From Alphaproteobacteria bacterium (GTDB lineage: Bacteria; Pseudomonadota; Alphaproteobacteria; CALMVH01), in the NCBI GenBank assembly GCA_965199335.1, contig CBDAQZ010000001.1, positions 205,432 through 269,431 on the forward strand: DNA of 64,000 nt, written 5' to 3'. Shown here piece after piece: positions 18,824 to 28,385 of this stretch (the stretch's first letter is position 1; the number at the start of each line of letters is the position of its first letter). The notes below the pieces were generated by a model. That model saw only the letters and a program-made list of their open reading frames with translations. It did no database searches and was not told the origin of the DNA. The position numbers and the translations under genes are program-made.

Positions 18824-19884
18824 GATTTGCGCGGCGCCTCGCGCAGCGTCTGCGCCAGAAGATCGGCGTTGCCCGACAGGGAGTATCTTTCCTCGACGAT
18901 GCGACGGCCGGCCATGCCCATGCTATGGCGCAGCCCGGGATCGGTTCGCATGGTTTCCAGCGCGGCGATCCATTCCTGTTCGCTGTCGGCCAGGAACCCG
19001 TTTACGCCATGCTGCACCACCTCGCGGTTCATGCCGACGGGGGAAGCGACGACGGGCAGGCCCGCCGCCATGTACTGGATCAGCTTGTAGGCGCATTTGC
19101 CTTCGCTCCATGCGTCCGGCTTCAGCGGCATGATCCCGACATCGAATGTGGCAAGTTCGTCCGTCTCGGTGGCTTCGGTCCACGGTATGATCGTCGTGGG
19201 AGCCGGCAGCGCGACCGGTCCGGATCCCACCAGGCGCACCGATGCCCCCTGTCGGCACAGAGCCTCAAGCGCACCACCGATGCCGTGCAGGTACGCGGTC
19301 GTGCTGGGCGAGCCCATCCACCCGATCGTGAACGCGGAATCGAAAGCCCGTTTCTGCGCATAGCGCGGCAGGTCGACGGTGGTGGGAATGCGAACCACCT
19401 TGCGCGCGCCATGCGCGGTGGCCCATTCGGCAAGATAAGGACTGCCCGCGATCACTGCTGCGGCGCCCTGCACCAGCGCCGGAAATTTGCCGGCCAGAAT
19501 TTTGCGGATCGGCCGACTTTTATGCAGGTCATAGCGATGAAACCAGGCATCGTCGAAATCGATGATGAAAGGCGTCTTGCGCATCAGCAGCAGTTCGATC
19601 GAGGCGGGCAGCCAGGGCAGCGCCTCCTTTTCCAGCCAGATCAGATCGTAGCGAGGGCTGGCCAGCAGGGTGGCGAAACGATCCCTGTAATAGTGCAGGA
19701 TGCGGACCCTGGATCCGCGGTCGCCGGTATAGAGGCGGTGTAGATAGGCATCGTCGAAGAACGGGGCTGCGGTTACCCGTATGCCGCGTTCGGCCAGTGC
19801 CGGCTGGAAGTCGTAGAAGCGCAAACGACTGCTGCCGCCAAGCCGGTCGTAACGGCTCAGCTGCAGAACGGAGACATCAACCAT
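18820..19884 (-). CDS. Glycosyltransferase family 4 (group 1)
   Basis: Start [20 protein letters not shown]-terminal GT-B block with [32 protein letters not shown] (E-x7-E region). Confidence 0.8.
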   Translation of the reverse strand: MVDVSVLQLSRYDRLGGSSRLRFYDFQPALAERGIRVTAAPFFDDAYLHRLYTGDRGSRVRILHYYRDRFATLLASPRYDLIWLEKEALPWLPASIELLLMRKTPFIIDFDDAWFHRYDLHKSRPIRKILAGKFPALVQGAAAVIAGSPYLAEWATAHGARKVVRIPTTVDLPRYAQKRAFDSAFTIGWMGSPSTTAYLHGIGGALEALCRQGASVRLVGSGPVALPAPTTIIPWTEATETDELATFDVGIMPLKPDAWSEGKCAYKLIQYMAAGLPVVASPVGMNREVVQHGVNGFLADSEQEWIAALETMRTDPGLRHSMGMAGRRIVEERYSLSGNADLLAQTLREAPRKS

Positions 19885-20743
19885 CCAGCAGGCTGAGCAG
19901 GTACTGTCCGTAGTTCGTCTTGCTGTATTTCTTGCCGGCCTCGGCCAGTTTTTCCTGCGAAATCCAGCCATTGTCGAACGCGATTTCCTCCGGACAGGCG
20001 ATTTGGGTATTCTGCCGTTCCTGTACCGCGTGCACGAAACTGCCGGCTTCCAGCAGCGAGGCATGGGTGCCGGTATCGAACCAGCAATAACCGCGCCCCA
20101 GCAGCTGCACGGACAATTGCTGCCGTTGCAGGAAGATCGCGTTGACGTCGGTGATCTCAAGCTCGCCGCGTGGCGAAGGCTTCAGGTCGCGCGCGATCTC
20201 GATCACGCTGTTGTCGTAGAAATACAGGCCTGTGACGGCCCATTTCGATTTTGGATTCTTCGGCTTTTCCTCGATGCTGATCGCCTTGCAGTTCGCGTCC
20301 AGCTCCACGATGCCGTAACGCTCCGGGTCGCGGACCTTGTAGGCGAACACGGTCGCGCCTTCGGTACGCTTGCCGGCTGCCGCTAGCTCGTGCGTCAGGC
20401 CGTGGCCGTAGAAGATGTTGTCGCCCAGCACCAGTGCGCAGGGATCGTTGCCGACGAAGTCGCGGCCGATGATGAAAGCCTGCGCCAGCCCGTCGGGCGA
20501 GGGTTGCGCGGCGTAGGACAGGTTGACGCCCCACTGGCTGCCATCGCCCAGCGCGCGTACGAAGCCTTCCTGCTCGTGCGGGGTGGTGATGACCAGTATG
20601 TCCCTGATGCCCGCCAGCATCAGCGTCGTCAGCGGGTAATAGATCATGGGCTTGTCGTAGACCGGCAGCAGCTGCTTGCTGACGCCCAGCGTGATCGGGT
20701 GCAGGCGCGTGCCCGAACCGCCGGCGAGGATGATCCCCTTCAT
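19877..20743 (-). CDS. rmlA: Glucose-1-phosphate thymidylyltransferase
   Basis: [18 protein letters not shown]...[17 protein letters not shown]; 288 aa. Confidence 0.95.
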   Translation of the reverse strand: MKGIILAGGSGTRLHPITLGVSKQLLPVYDKPMIYYPLTTLMLAGIRDILVITTPHEQEGFVRALGDGSQWGVNLSYAAQPSPDGLAQAFIIGRDFVGNDPCALVLGDNIFYGHGLTHELAAAGKRTEGATVFAYKVRDPERYGIVELDANCKAISIEEKPKNPKSKWAVTGLYFYDNSVIEIARDLKPSPRGELEITDVNAIFLQRQQLSVQLLGRGYCWFDTGTHASLLEAGSFVHAVQERQNTQIACPEEIAFDNGWISQEKLAEAGKKYSKTNYGQYLLSLLDG

Positions 20744-21798
20744 CGCGCGATCCCGACGCGCTTGGTCGCCTCGACGCCGCGGTTCTGGATCGCTTCCCAC
20801 CATTCGCGATTGTCGATGTACCAGGCGACGGTTTTCGCCAGGCCGGTTTCGAAGGTTTCCTGCGGACGCCAGCCCAGCTCGCGTTCGATCTTGCCGGCAT
20901 CGATCGCATAGCGGTGGTCATGCCCCGGACGGTCGGTGACATAGGTGATCAGGCGGTCATGCGGTCCCGCGGGCGAGGGCGCATGCGCGTCCAGCAACTG
21001 GCAGACCCGGGTCACGACCTCCAGGTTGGTGCGTTCGTTCCAGCCGCCGATATTGTAGGACTGGCCGACCACGCCACGCTGCAGCACCAGGCGCAGGGCG
21101 TTCGCGTGGTCCTCGACGTAGAGCCAGTCGCGCACGTTGTCGCCCTTGCCGTAGACCGGCAGGCTTTCCTCGGCCAGGCCGCGGATGATCATCAACGGGA
21201 TCAGCTTTTCCGGGAACATGTACGGCCCGTAATTATTCGAGCAGTTGGTCATCACCACCGGCAGGCCGAAGGTCTCGTGCCAGGCGCGCACCAGATGGTC
21301 GGATCCCGCCTTGCTGGCGGAGTAGGGGGAGTTGGGTGCATAGGCGGTCGTCTCGGTAAAGAAGCCGTCTTTGCCCAGGCTGCCGAACACTTCGTCGGTC
21401 GAGATGTGATGGAAGCGGAAGTCTTTCTTCTGCGTCTCGTCCAGCTTGCGCCAATGGGCCAGCGCGGCCTCCAGCAGCGTGTAGGTGCCGACGATGTTGG
21501 TCTGGATGAACTGCCCCGGACCGTCGATGGAACGGTCGACATGGCTTTCCGCCGCCAGATGCATCACGGCGTCGGGCTTGTGGCGCTCGAACACCTTGTC
21601 CAGCGCCGCGCGGTCGCAGATGTCGACACGCTCGAACTTGTAGCGGGGATTGCCCTCCGCGCCGGGCAACGACGACAGATTGGCCGCGTAGGTCAGCTTG
21701 TCGACATTGACGACATTGCAGTCGGTCTGCGCCAGGAACTGGCGGACGACCGCCGAGCCGATAAATCCGGCGCCGCCGGTCACGAGTACAGTTTTCAT
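20740..21798 (-). CDS. rmlB: dTDP-glucose 4,6-dehydratase
   Basis: [26 protein letters not shown] and [15 protein letters not shown] motifs. ATGA overlap with rmlA. Confidence 0.95.
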   Translation of the reverse strand: MKTVLVTGGAGFIGSAVVRQFLAQTDCNVVNVDKLTYAANLSSLPGAEGNPRYKFERVDICDRAALDKVFERHKPDAVMHLAAESHVDRSIDGPGQFIQTNIVGTYTLLEAALAHWRKLDETQKKDFRFHHISTDEVFGSLGKDGFFTETTAYAPNSPYSASKAGSDHLVRAWHETFGLPVVMTNCSNNYGPYMFPEKLIPLMIIRGLAEESLPVYGKGDNVRDWLYVEDHANALRLVLQRGVVGQSYNIGGWNERTNLEVVTRVCQLLDAHAPSPAGPHDRLITYVTDRPGHDHRYAIDAGKIERELGWRPQETFETGLAKTVAWYIDNREWWEAIQNRGVEATKRVGIAR

Positions 21799-21806
21799 CG
21801 GATCGC

Positions 21807-22358
21807 CTATTGTAGTTCGGTAATGTCGCGCAACAGGGGCGCTATTCTGTCTTTGTCTGAAAGTGTCGCCTCGGCCTCCGTCACCGGCCATTCGATCCCG
21901 ATAGCGGGATCGTTCCAGCGTACGCTGCGCTCGTGGGTGGGCGAGTAGTAGTTGTCCACCTTGTAGAAAACCTCGGTATCCGGCTGCAGCGTGCAGAAAC
22001 CATGCGCGAAGCCATGGGGGATGATCGCCTGCGTGCCGTTTTCGGCGCTGAGCGTGAACGAGGCATATTTGAGGTAGGTCGGCGAATCCTTGCGCAGATC
22101 GACCGCGACATCCAGTATCGCGCCACGCAGTACGCGCACCAGTTTTGCCTGCGCAAAGGGCGGCAATTGCAGGTGCAGCGCGCGAATCGTGCCCGCCTTG
22201 GCGGAAAACGACTGGTTGTCCTGGATGAAGACCTGGCCGATCCCGGCTTCGCCCCATGTCTTGGCGTTGTAAGTCTCGCTGAAATGGCCGCGATTGTCGC
22301 CGAACCGCCGCGGCGTGATCAGCTTCACTCCGGAAAGTTCGGTGTCTACGATCTGCAA
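21807..22358 (-). CDS. rmlC: dTDP-4-dehydrorhamnose 3,5-epimerase
   Basis: [19 protein letters not shown] and HGFAHGF motifs. I place the start at TTG 22358 (GGAGG, then a 5-nt spacer, then TTG), giving 183 aa. The track start 22415 is probably too long. Confidence 0.88.
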   Translation of the reverse strand: MQIVDTELSGVKLITPRRFGDNRGHFSETYNAKTWGEAGIGQVFIQDNQSFSAKAGTIRALHLQLPPFAQAKLVRVLRGAILDVAVDLRKDSPTYLKYASFTLSAENGTQAIIPHGFAHGFCTLQPDTEVFYKVDNYYSPTHERSVRWNDPAIGIEWPVTEAEATLSDKDRIAPLLRDITELQ

Positions 22359-22466
22359 AATACCCTCCGCGGCTCGGCTGTGGGATTTGATGGGGCATAC
22401 GGCGCAAAGAATCAAGCCGAAAGCAGACTATGCAAAGCTTGATCCGGCAGCTTATAACGACCCGAC

Positions 22467-23294
22467 ATGACAATTGCTGCAGATACCCCCGCCCAGATCG
22501 CGCGGAAAAAATTTACCAGGCTGGCCCTGTTCGACCTGTGGGACGGGCTGGGTAAATGGCGGCTATGGCTGGCCCTGGGCTGGCAGGATGTCCGTCAACG
22601 TTACCGCCGGTCCATTCTGGGGCCGTTCTGGATTACCGCCAGCCTTGGCGTGTCGATCCTGGCGCTGGGCGTGATCTATTCCAAGTTATTCCACCAGCCG
22701 ATCGAGAAATACGTGCCGATGGTGGCGACGGGCTTCCTGGTCTGGACGACGCTTTCCGCCATGCTGAACGAGGGGTGTTTCGTCTTCATCAGTTCGGTCA
22801 GCACGATCAAGCAACTGCCTTTTCCGCTCAGTACCTATGTTTACCGCGACATGTGGCGGAATTTGATCGTTTTCGGCCATAACCTGATAATCTATCTGAT
22901 CGTGATCGCATTTTTTGCCATCAACCCCGGATGGGACGTATTGCTGGCGATACCGGGGCTGGTTCTGATCGTGCTGAATGGCATCGGCTGGGCGCTGATC
23001 TTCGGGGTTTTCAGTGCCCGGTTTCGCGACGTGCCGCAGCTGGTAACGAACTTTCTGCAGGTCATCTATTTCATCACCCCCCTGCTGTGGCAGCGCAGCA
23101 TGCTCGGCAGTGCGGCGTGGCTGGTCGATTACAATCCCATCGCCTATTTGATCGAAAGCGTACGCGGGCCCCTGCTGGGGAATCCGCCGTCGCTGCACGA
23201 CTGGTTGATCACCATCGCCATCACGATCGTCAATCTTGTGGTTGCGATGGTGGTTTTCGTCCGGTTCCGCTGGCGCATCCCTTACTGGCTCTGA
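22467..23294 (+). CDS. wzm: ABC-2 type polysaccharide export permease
   Basis: 275 aa with six hydrophobic helices. [15 protein letters not shown] motif typical of Wzm/KpsM. Confidence 0.8.
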   Translation: MTIAADTPAQIARKKFTRLALFDLWDGLGKWRLWLALGWQDVRQRYRRSILGPFWITASLGVSILALGVIYSKLFHQPIEKYVPMVATGFLVWTTLSAMLNEGCFVFISSVSTIKQLPFPLSTYVYRDMWRNLIVFGHNLIIYLIVIAFFAINPGWDVLLAIPGLVLIVLNGIGWALIFGVFSARFRDVPQLVTNFLQVIYFITPLLWQRSMLGSAAWLVDYNPIAYLIESVRGPLLGNPPSLHDWLITIAITIVNLVVAMVVFVRFRWRIPYWL

Positions 23295-23297
23295 TCG

Positions 23298-24038
23298 ATG
23301 GTATCCATAAAACTCGAAAACGTCTTCGTTCGCTTCCCGATCTATCAGGGTGCGACACGGTCCCTGCGCTATCGCCTGATGAACGCCGGCACCGGCGGAC
23401 GCATCGCCAGCCTCAAGGACCATATCTGCGTCGAAGCGCTTAGCGACGTATCGTTTACGCTCGATCATGGCGACCGGTTGGCGTTGGTTGGCCATAACGG
23501 CGCGGGGAAGACGACACTGCTGCGCGTGCTGGCCGGCATTTATACGCCCGAGTCCGGGAATGTGGACGTGCATGGGCGGATCGCCCCTTTGTTCGACGCC
23601 GGTTTCGGCATGGACCCCGACTCCACCGGATTCGAGAACATCTATATCCGCGGCCTGTACCTGGGCATGACCAAGGCCGAGATCGAGGAACACCGCGAGG
23701 ACATCATCCAGTTCACCGAGCTTGGGTCGTTCCTGGACATGCCGATGCGGACCTATTCGATGGGCATGCAGGCCCGGCTGTCGTTTGCCGTTTCGACCAC
23801 CATCACGCCCGAGATATTGCTGCTGGACGAGTCGATCGCGGCGGGCGATGCGGCCTTCATCGAGAAGGCAAATCGCCGCATGCACGAATTCGTGGAGCGC
23901 ACCGGGATATTGGTTCTGGCTTCCCATTCACCGGATTTGCTGCGTAAGTTCTGCAACAAGGGCCTGCTGGTCAACCAGGGGCGCGTCGTGATGTTCGATA
24001 CGCTGGATAATGTCTTGAAGGCCTACGAGGGCCAGTAA
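23298..24038 (+). CDS. wzt: Polysaccharide export ABC transporter ATP-binding protein (no C-terminal carbohydrate-binding domain)
   Basis: Walker A GHNGAGKTTLL, signature YSMGMQARL, Walker B ILLLDE. 246 aa. Confidence 0.85.
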   Translation: MVSIKLENVFVRFPIYQGATRSLRYRLMNAGTGGRIASLKDHICVEALSDVSFTLDHGDRLALVGHNGAGKTTLLRVLAGIYTPESGNVDVHGRIAPLFDAGFGMDPDSTGFENIYIRGLYLGMTKAEIEEHREDIIQFTELGSFLDMPMRTYSMGMQARLSFAVSTTITPEILLLDESIAAGDAAFIEKANRRMHEFVERTGILVLASHSPDLLRKFCNKGLLVNQGRVVMFDTLDNVLKAYEGQ

Positions 24039-24049
24039 GGGGGCAGGGC

Positions 24050-24769
24050 ATGCGCGGGCAGATAATTTCCTATGACGCCAGGACCCGCTTCGGGATACTG
24101 GTCGACCAGAACGGCGCGCAGCATCGCTTCCCGGCGACAGAATGGCTTGGAAAGCAGGCGCCGCAGCCCGGACAGCCCTGCGAATTCAACCTGATCGGCG
24201 CTTCGGCCGTGGGCGTGAACCCGACCGGCCCTGCACAAGCCCAAGCACAGGCACAGGGCAACCGGGGCGGCTTCGGCATACCGTCCTCCGGCGACCCGGT
24301 CGGCGGCTTCGTCAATTCCGGCATGGAAGCATTGCGCGGCGCACAGAATCCGTTCGGGGTACCGTCGGGAAATGGCGCGCCGGGCTTCTGGCATTTCTAT
24401 TTCTCGCCTTCCGGCCGCGTCTCGCTGGGGCAGTACTGGCGGCGTTTCGTTCTGCCGTTCGGCTTCCTGGGCCTGCTGGTCGCGGCAGGCGCGTTCTACT
24501 GCGTTTATCTCGGCTTCCATCACCAGCTGCAATGGAGCTACGTGCTGATCGCGCTGGGCGTGCTGCTGTTCAAGATCACCATCCTGGGCTGGGTATCGTT
24601 CGTCATGCACATCAAGCGCTATCACGATCTGGGCATGTCCTGGGGCAGCGCCTGGGTGGTGGATAATTTCATGCCGTATGGACGCGACTGGATGACGTGG
24701 CGCGTGCTGTGCCAGCAAGGCCAGCAGGGTGATAATCAATTCGGTCCCGATCCACGGCAATGGGGATAG
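24050..24769 (+). CDS. DUF805-family membrane protein with N-terminal cold-shock-like OB segment
   Basis: C-terminal GRVSLGQYWRRF..., IKRYHDLGMSW and GDNQFGPDP match DUF805. The N-terminus GQIISYDARTRFGILVDQNG...PGQPCEF looks CSD-like. A Q/G/P-rich linker joins them. Confidence 0.55.
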   Translation: MRGQIISYDARTRFGILVDQNGAQHRFPATEWLGKQAPQPGQPCEFNLIGASAVGVNPTGPAQAQAQAQGNRGGFGIPSSGDPVGGFVNSGMEALRGAQNPFGVPSGNGAPGFWHFYFSPSGRVSLGQYWRRFVLPFGFLGLLVAAGAFYCVYLGFHHQLQWSYVLIALGVLLFKITILGWVSFVMHIKRYHDLGMSWGSAWVVDNFMPYGRDWMTWRVLCQQGQQGDNQFGPDPRQWG

Positions 24770-24772
24770 CCT

Positions 24773-24988
24773 ATGCCCGATAGCGAACACGATCCGCAGA
24801 TGAAAGGGATTGCAATCGTCGGCAGTCCCAAAGCGGAGGAAGCAGACCGTCAGGCCGAGGCCGAGATAAACGCAGGACGATATTACACTCTGACGGATGC
24901 CGACCTTGCATCGGACGAGACGTTGAAAGACGCCCTGCGAGAGCTTCTGCAATTGAACAGGAACTTGCCAGCCAGTGAGCTTAAGTAG
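24773..24988 (+). CDS. Small acidic hypothetical protein (71 aa)
   Basis: ATG 3 nt after the DUF805 stop. No family recognised. Confidence 0.3.
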   Translation: MPDSEHDPQMKGIAIVGSPKAEEADRQAEAEINAGRYYTLTDADLASDETLKDALRELLQLNRNLPASELK

Positions 24989-25214
24989 CCGGCGCAATAC
25001 GATCCGAATTATACGCAACCAACTATGAGGCTTTCATGTGTGTCGGTAGTTTAGAAACGGAAATCCAGACCGAGCAACTCTTGAAGCAGCTGAGCGCCCA
25101 GCCCGACGAGATATTCGGAAGGGAAATGCACGTGTCCGAATTGCAAGAACTGCTTGTCAAAAGAGCCGCAGCGATGTCCCCGCGCGGCAAATCGGTCCCG
25201 GCGCAATAACGCGG

Positions 25215-25610
25215 ATGACCGATCCAGGGCCCGACAGCCGCCAGCCACAGCTTCTCTATAACGGCGGTTGTCCCGTCTGCCGCACCGGGGCGGAACAGTA
25301 CCAGCGCATCGGCGGTAGCGGCGATGCCTGCGGCTGGGTCGATGTGAGGGCGATGCCCGATGTACTGACGCAGCACGGCATAAGCCTGAAAGCCGTCATC
25401 TACCGTGTGCATTATATAGACGAGGCAGGCCATGTGTCGGTCGGAGCGCCGGCGATCGCAGCACTACTGGACAAGGACAACCGTTTTCCCTGGCTGGCGA
25501 AACTGATGCGCCTGCCGGTGCTGAAATGGATAGTCGCCGGCTTGTATGAACTGGTCGCCGGGCCGCTGTATGTCTGGAACATGTGGCGGGAACGGCGGCG
25601 CTCGTTGTAA
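25215..25610 (+). CDS. Thiol-disulfide oxidoreductase DCC (DUF393) family protein
   Basis: 131 aa. LLYNGGCPVCRTG motif (CxxC near the N-terminus) and a hydrophobic C-terminal region. Confidence 0.7.
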   Translation: MTDPGPDSRQPQLLYNGGCPVCRTGAEQYQRIGGSGDACGWVDVRAMPDVLTQHGISLKAVIYRVHYIDEAGHVSVGAPAIAALLDKDNRFPWLAKLMRLPVLKWIVAGLYELVAGPLYVWNMWRERRRSL

Positions 25611-25720
25611 TCGTCATCCACGAAGGCGGGGATCTATCGTGCCGATACTAGAAATAGAAGTGGAAGGATGGATCCCGGCTCGCGGCCTGAAGGCATTGTC
25701 CGGGATGACACGATAGTTTT

Positions 25721-28363
25721 TTAAGCCGCTGTCCGCAATGTCTCCTCGATCGCGCTCATCACCTCGTCTGTTCTTCCCGCATCGCCTGCGCCGCCCTGCG
25801 CCATGTCGGGCCTGCCGCCGCCCTTGCCGCCGACAGCCTCCAACGCGGGGGACAGGACATCCTTCGCGCTGACCTTGCCATCGAGGCTGGCGGAGCGAGC
25901 GAGGACCACCGACAGCTTGCCGTCCGCCGAGCTGGCGATGGCGACCACCGTGTTGCCGAGGTACTTCTTCAGCAGCGCATCGGCGATCGGGCGCAGGTCG
26001 GAGGCGGGGACGTCGCCGACCGATTGCTTGATCAGTTTCATCGCGCCGATCTCCACCACTTCTTCCTTCGATGTCGCCGCCAGCTTGCGGCGAATCTCGG
26101 ACAATTCGTTTTCCAGACGCTTGCGGTCCTCGATCAGGCCGTTGACCCTGGCAGGCAAATCGGCGGCCGATGATTTCAGGCTGGCGGCGGTCTGGTCCAG
26201 CATGCCCAGCCGGTCGTCGAACCAAGCCAGCGCCCCTTCGCCCGTCACGGCCTCGATGCGGCGCACGCCTGCGGCCACCGCCTGCTCGGCCACGATCTTG
26301 AACAGGCCGATATCGCCGGTGCGCGAGACATGGGTGCCGCCGCACAGTTCGACCGAGTAATCCTTGTTCGCGCCGTTCTCGCGTCCGCCCATGGATACGA
26401 CGCGCACTTCCTCGCCGTATTTCTCCCCGAACAGGGCCATCGCGCCCTGTTGCATCGCCTCGTCGACCGCCATGATGCGCGTCGTGACCGCGGTGTTGCC
26501 GCGGATGTGCCGGTTCACGTCCTGCTCCACCTGCGCGATGTCGTCCCGGGTCAGCGGGATCGGCTGGCTGATGTCGAAGCGCAGGCGGTCGGGGGCGACC
26601 ATCGATCCCTTCTGGCTGACATGCTCGCCCAGCCGGCGACGCAGCGCCTCGTGCAGCAGATGGGTCGCCGAATGGTTGGCGCGGATCATGTCGCGCATGG
26701 ACTCATTGACCAGCAATTCCACTGGGTCGCCGATCTTGACCGTGCCTTCGGTGATCTGCGTTTCATGCACCCACAACGCGCCCAGCTTCTTCTGTGTCGT
26801 GAGCACGGTTCCGCGCAGGCCATTGCCGGTGATCGTGCCGCTATCGCCGACCTGGCCGCCTGACTCGCCGTAGAACGGCGTCTGGTTGACCAGTATCTGC
26901 ACCGTCTCTCCCGTGGCCGCGCTATCGACGATCGTGCCGGCCTTAACGATGGCCGTCACAACGCCTTCGGCCTTCGTCGTGTCGTAGCCCAGGAATTCGG
27001 TGCTGCCGATCCGGTCGCGCAGTTCGAACCACAGCGCCTCGGTCGCGGCTTCGCCCGATCCCTTCCATGCCTTGCGCGCGTCGTCCTTCTGCTTGGCCAT
27101 CGATTGTTCGAAACCGGCGGTATCCACCTGCCGCCCCTGGCCGCGCAGCACGTCCTGCGTCAGGTCGAGCGGGAAGCCGTAGGTGTCGTAAAGCTTGAAC
27201 GCGACCGCGCCCGGCAAGGCCTCGCTGCTGCCCAGCCTGCCGGTCTCGTCGTCCAGCAATTTCAGCCCGCGTTCCAACGTGACGCGGAAGCGGTTCTCTT
27301 CCAGCCGCAGCGTTTCGGTGATCAGCGCCTCGGCGCGGATCAGCTCGGGATAGGCCAGGCCCATCAGGCCGCTAAGGGTCGGCACCAGCTTCATCAGCAG
27401 CGGATCGCGCGCGCCCAGCATGTGCGCATGACGCATGGCGCGGCGCATGATGCGGCGCAGCACATAACCGCGTCCCTCGTTCGACGGCAGCACGCCATCG
27501 GCGATCAGGAACGCGGAGGCGCGTAAGTGATCGGTGATGACGCGGTGTGAAGCCGATTGCGGCCCGTCGGGATCGGTGCTGGTCAGGCTTGCGACAGCCT
27601 CGATGATCGTGCGCAGCAGGTCGGTTTCGAAAACGCTGTGCTTACCCTGCAGCACCGTCGCCGTGCGCTCCAGGCCCATGCCGGTATCGATCGATGGCTT
27701 GGGCAACGGTATGCGTTCACCCGGTTGCAGCTGATCGAACTGCATGAAGACGTTGTTGTAGATCTCGACGAAGCGGTCGCCGTCTTCGTCCGGGCTGCCG
27801 GGCGGTCCGCCGGCAACGCCGGGTCCGTGGTCATAGAAGATTTCGGAGCACGGGCCGCAGGGGCCGGTATCGCCCATCTGCCAGAAATTGTCGGATGTCG
27901 GGATGCGGATGATGCGGCCTTCGTCCAGCCCGGCGATCCGTTTCCACAGGTCGGCGGCCTCGTCGTCGGTGTGATAGACGGTGACCAGCAGCCTGCCCGG
28001 GTCGAGCCCCAGCTCCTTGGTGACCAAGCCCCAGGCAAGGGTTATCGCCTCCTCCTTGAAATAGTCGCCGAAGGAGAAATTGCCCATCATTTCGAAGAAA
28101 GTCAGGTGGCGCGCGGTATAGCCGACGTTTTCCAGGTCGTTGTGCTTGCCGCCCGCGCGTACGCATTTCTGCGCCGTGGTCGCCCGTGTATAGGGACGCT
28201 TGTCCTGGCCGGTGAAGACGTTCTTGAACGGCACCATGCCGGCGCTTGTGAACATGAGCGTCGGGTCGTTGCGCGGGACCAGCGGTCCCGACTCAACGAT
28301 GGTATGGCCGTTGCGGGCGAAGTAATCGAGGAAGGTCTTGCGGATGTCGGTCAGGCTTTGCAT
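25721..28363 (-). CDS. alaS: Alanine--tRNA ligase
   Basis: 880 aa. [24 protein letters not shown] and CGGTH editing-domain motifs. Confidence 0.97.
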   Translation of the reverse strand: MQSLTDIRKTFLDYFARNGHTIVESGPLVPRNDPTLMFTSAGMVPFKNVFTGQDKRPYTRATTAQKCVRAGGKHNDLENVGYTARHLTFFEMMGNFSFGDYFKEEAITLAWGLVTKELGLDPGRLLVTVYHTDDEAADLWKRIAGLDEGRIIRIPTSDNFWQMGDTGPCGPCSEIFYDHGPGVAGGPPGSPDEDGDRFVEIYNNVFMQFDQLQPGERIPLPKPSIDTGMGLERTATVLQGKHSVFETDLLRTIIEAVASLTSTDPDGPQSASHRVITDHLRASAFLIADGVLPSNEGRGYVLRRIMRRAMRHAHMLGARDPLLMKLVPTLSGLMGLAYPELIRAEALITETLRLEENRFRVTLERGLKLLDDETGRLGSSEALPGAVAFKLYDTYGFPLDLTQDVLRGQGRQVDTAGFEQSMAKQKDDARKAWKGSGEAATEALWFELRDRIGSTEFLGYDTTKAEGVVTAIVKAGTIVDSAATGETVQILVNQTPFYGESGGQVGDSGTITGNGLRGTVLTTQKKLGALWVHETQITEGTVKIGDPVELLVNESMRDMIRANHSATHLLHEALRRRLGEHVSQKGSMVAPDRLRFDISQPIPLTRDDIAQVEQDVNRHIRGNTAVTTRIMAVDEAMQQGAMALFGEKYGEEVRVVSMGGRENGANKDYSVELCGGTHVSRTGDIGLFKIVAEQAVAAGVRRIEAVTGEGALAWFDDRLGMLDQTAASLKSSAADLPARVNGLIEDRKRLENELSEIRRKLAATSKEEVVEIGAMKLIKQSVGDVPASDLRPIADALLKKYLGNTVVAIASSADGKLSVVLARSASLDGKVSAKDVLSPALEAVGGKGGGRPDMAQGGAGDAGRTDEVMSAIEETLRTAA

Positions 28364-28385
28364 AGCCTGTTTTACGGCGACTTTC

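Noticed and set aside
24230-24262. Short CAG/GCA-type repeat encoding QAQAQAQ.
   Set aside because: It lies inside the linker of the DUF805 gene and is only about 4 units long. It is a low-complexity coding segment rather than a structural repeat or array.
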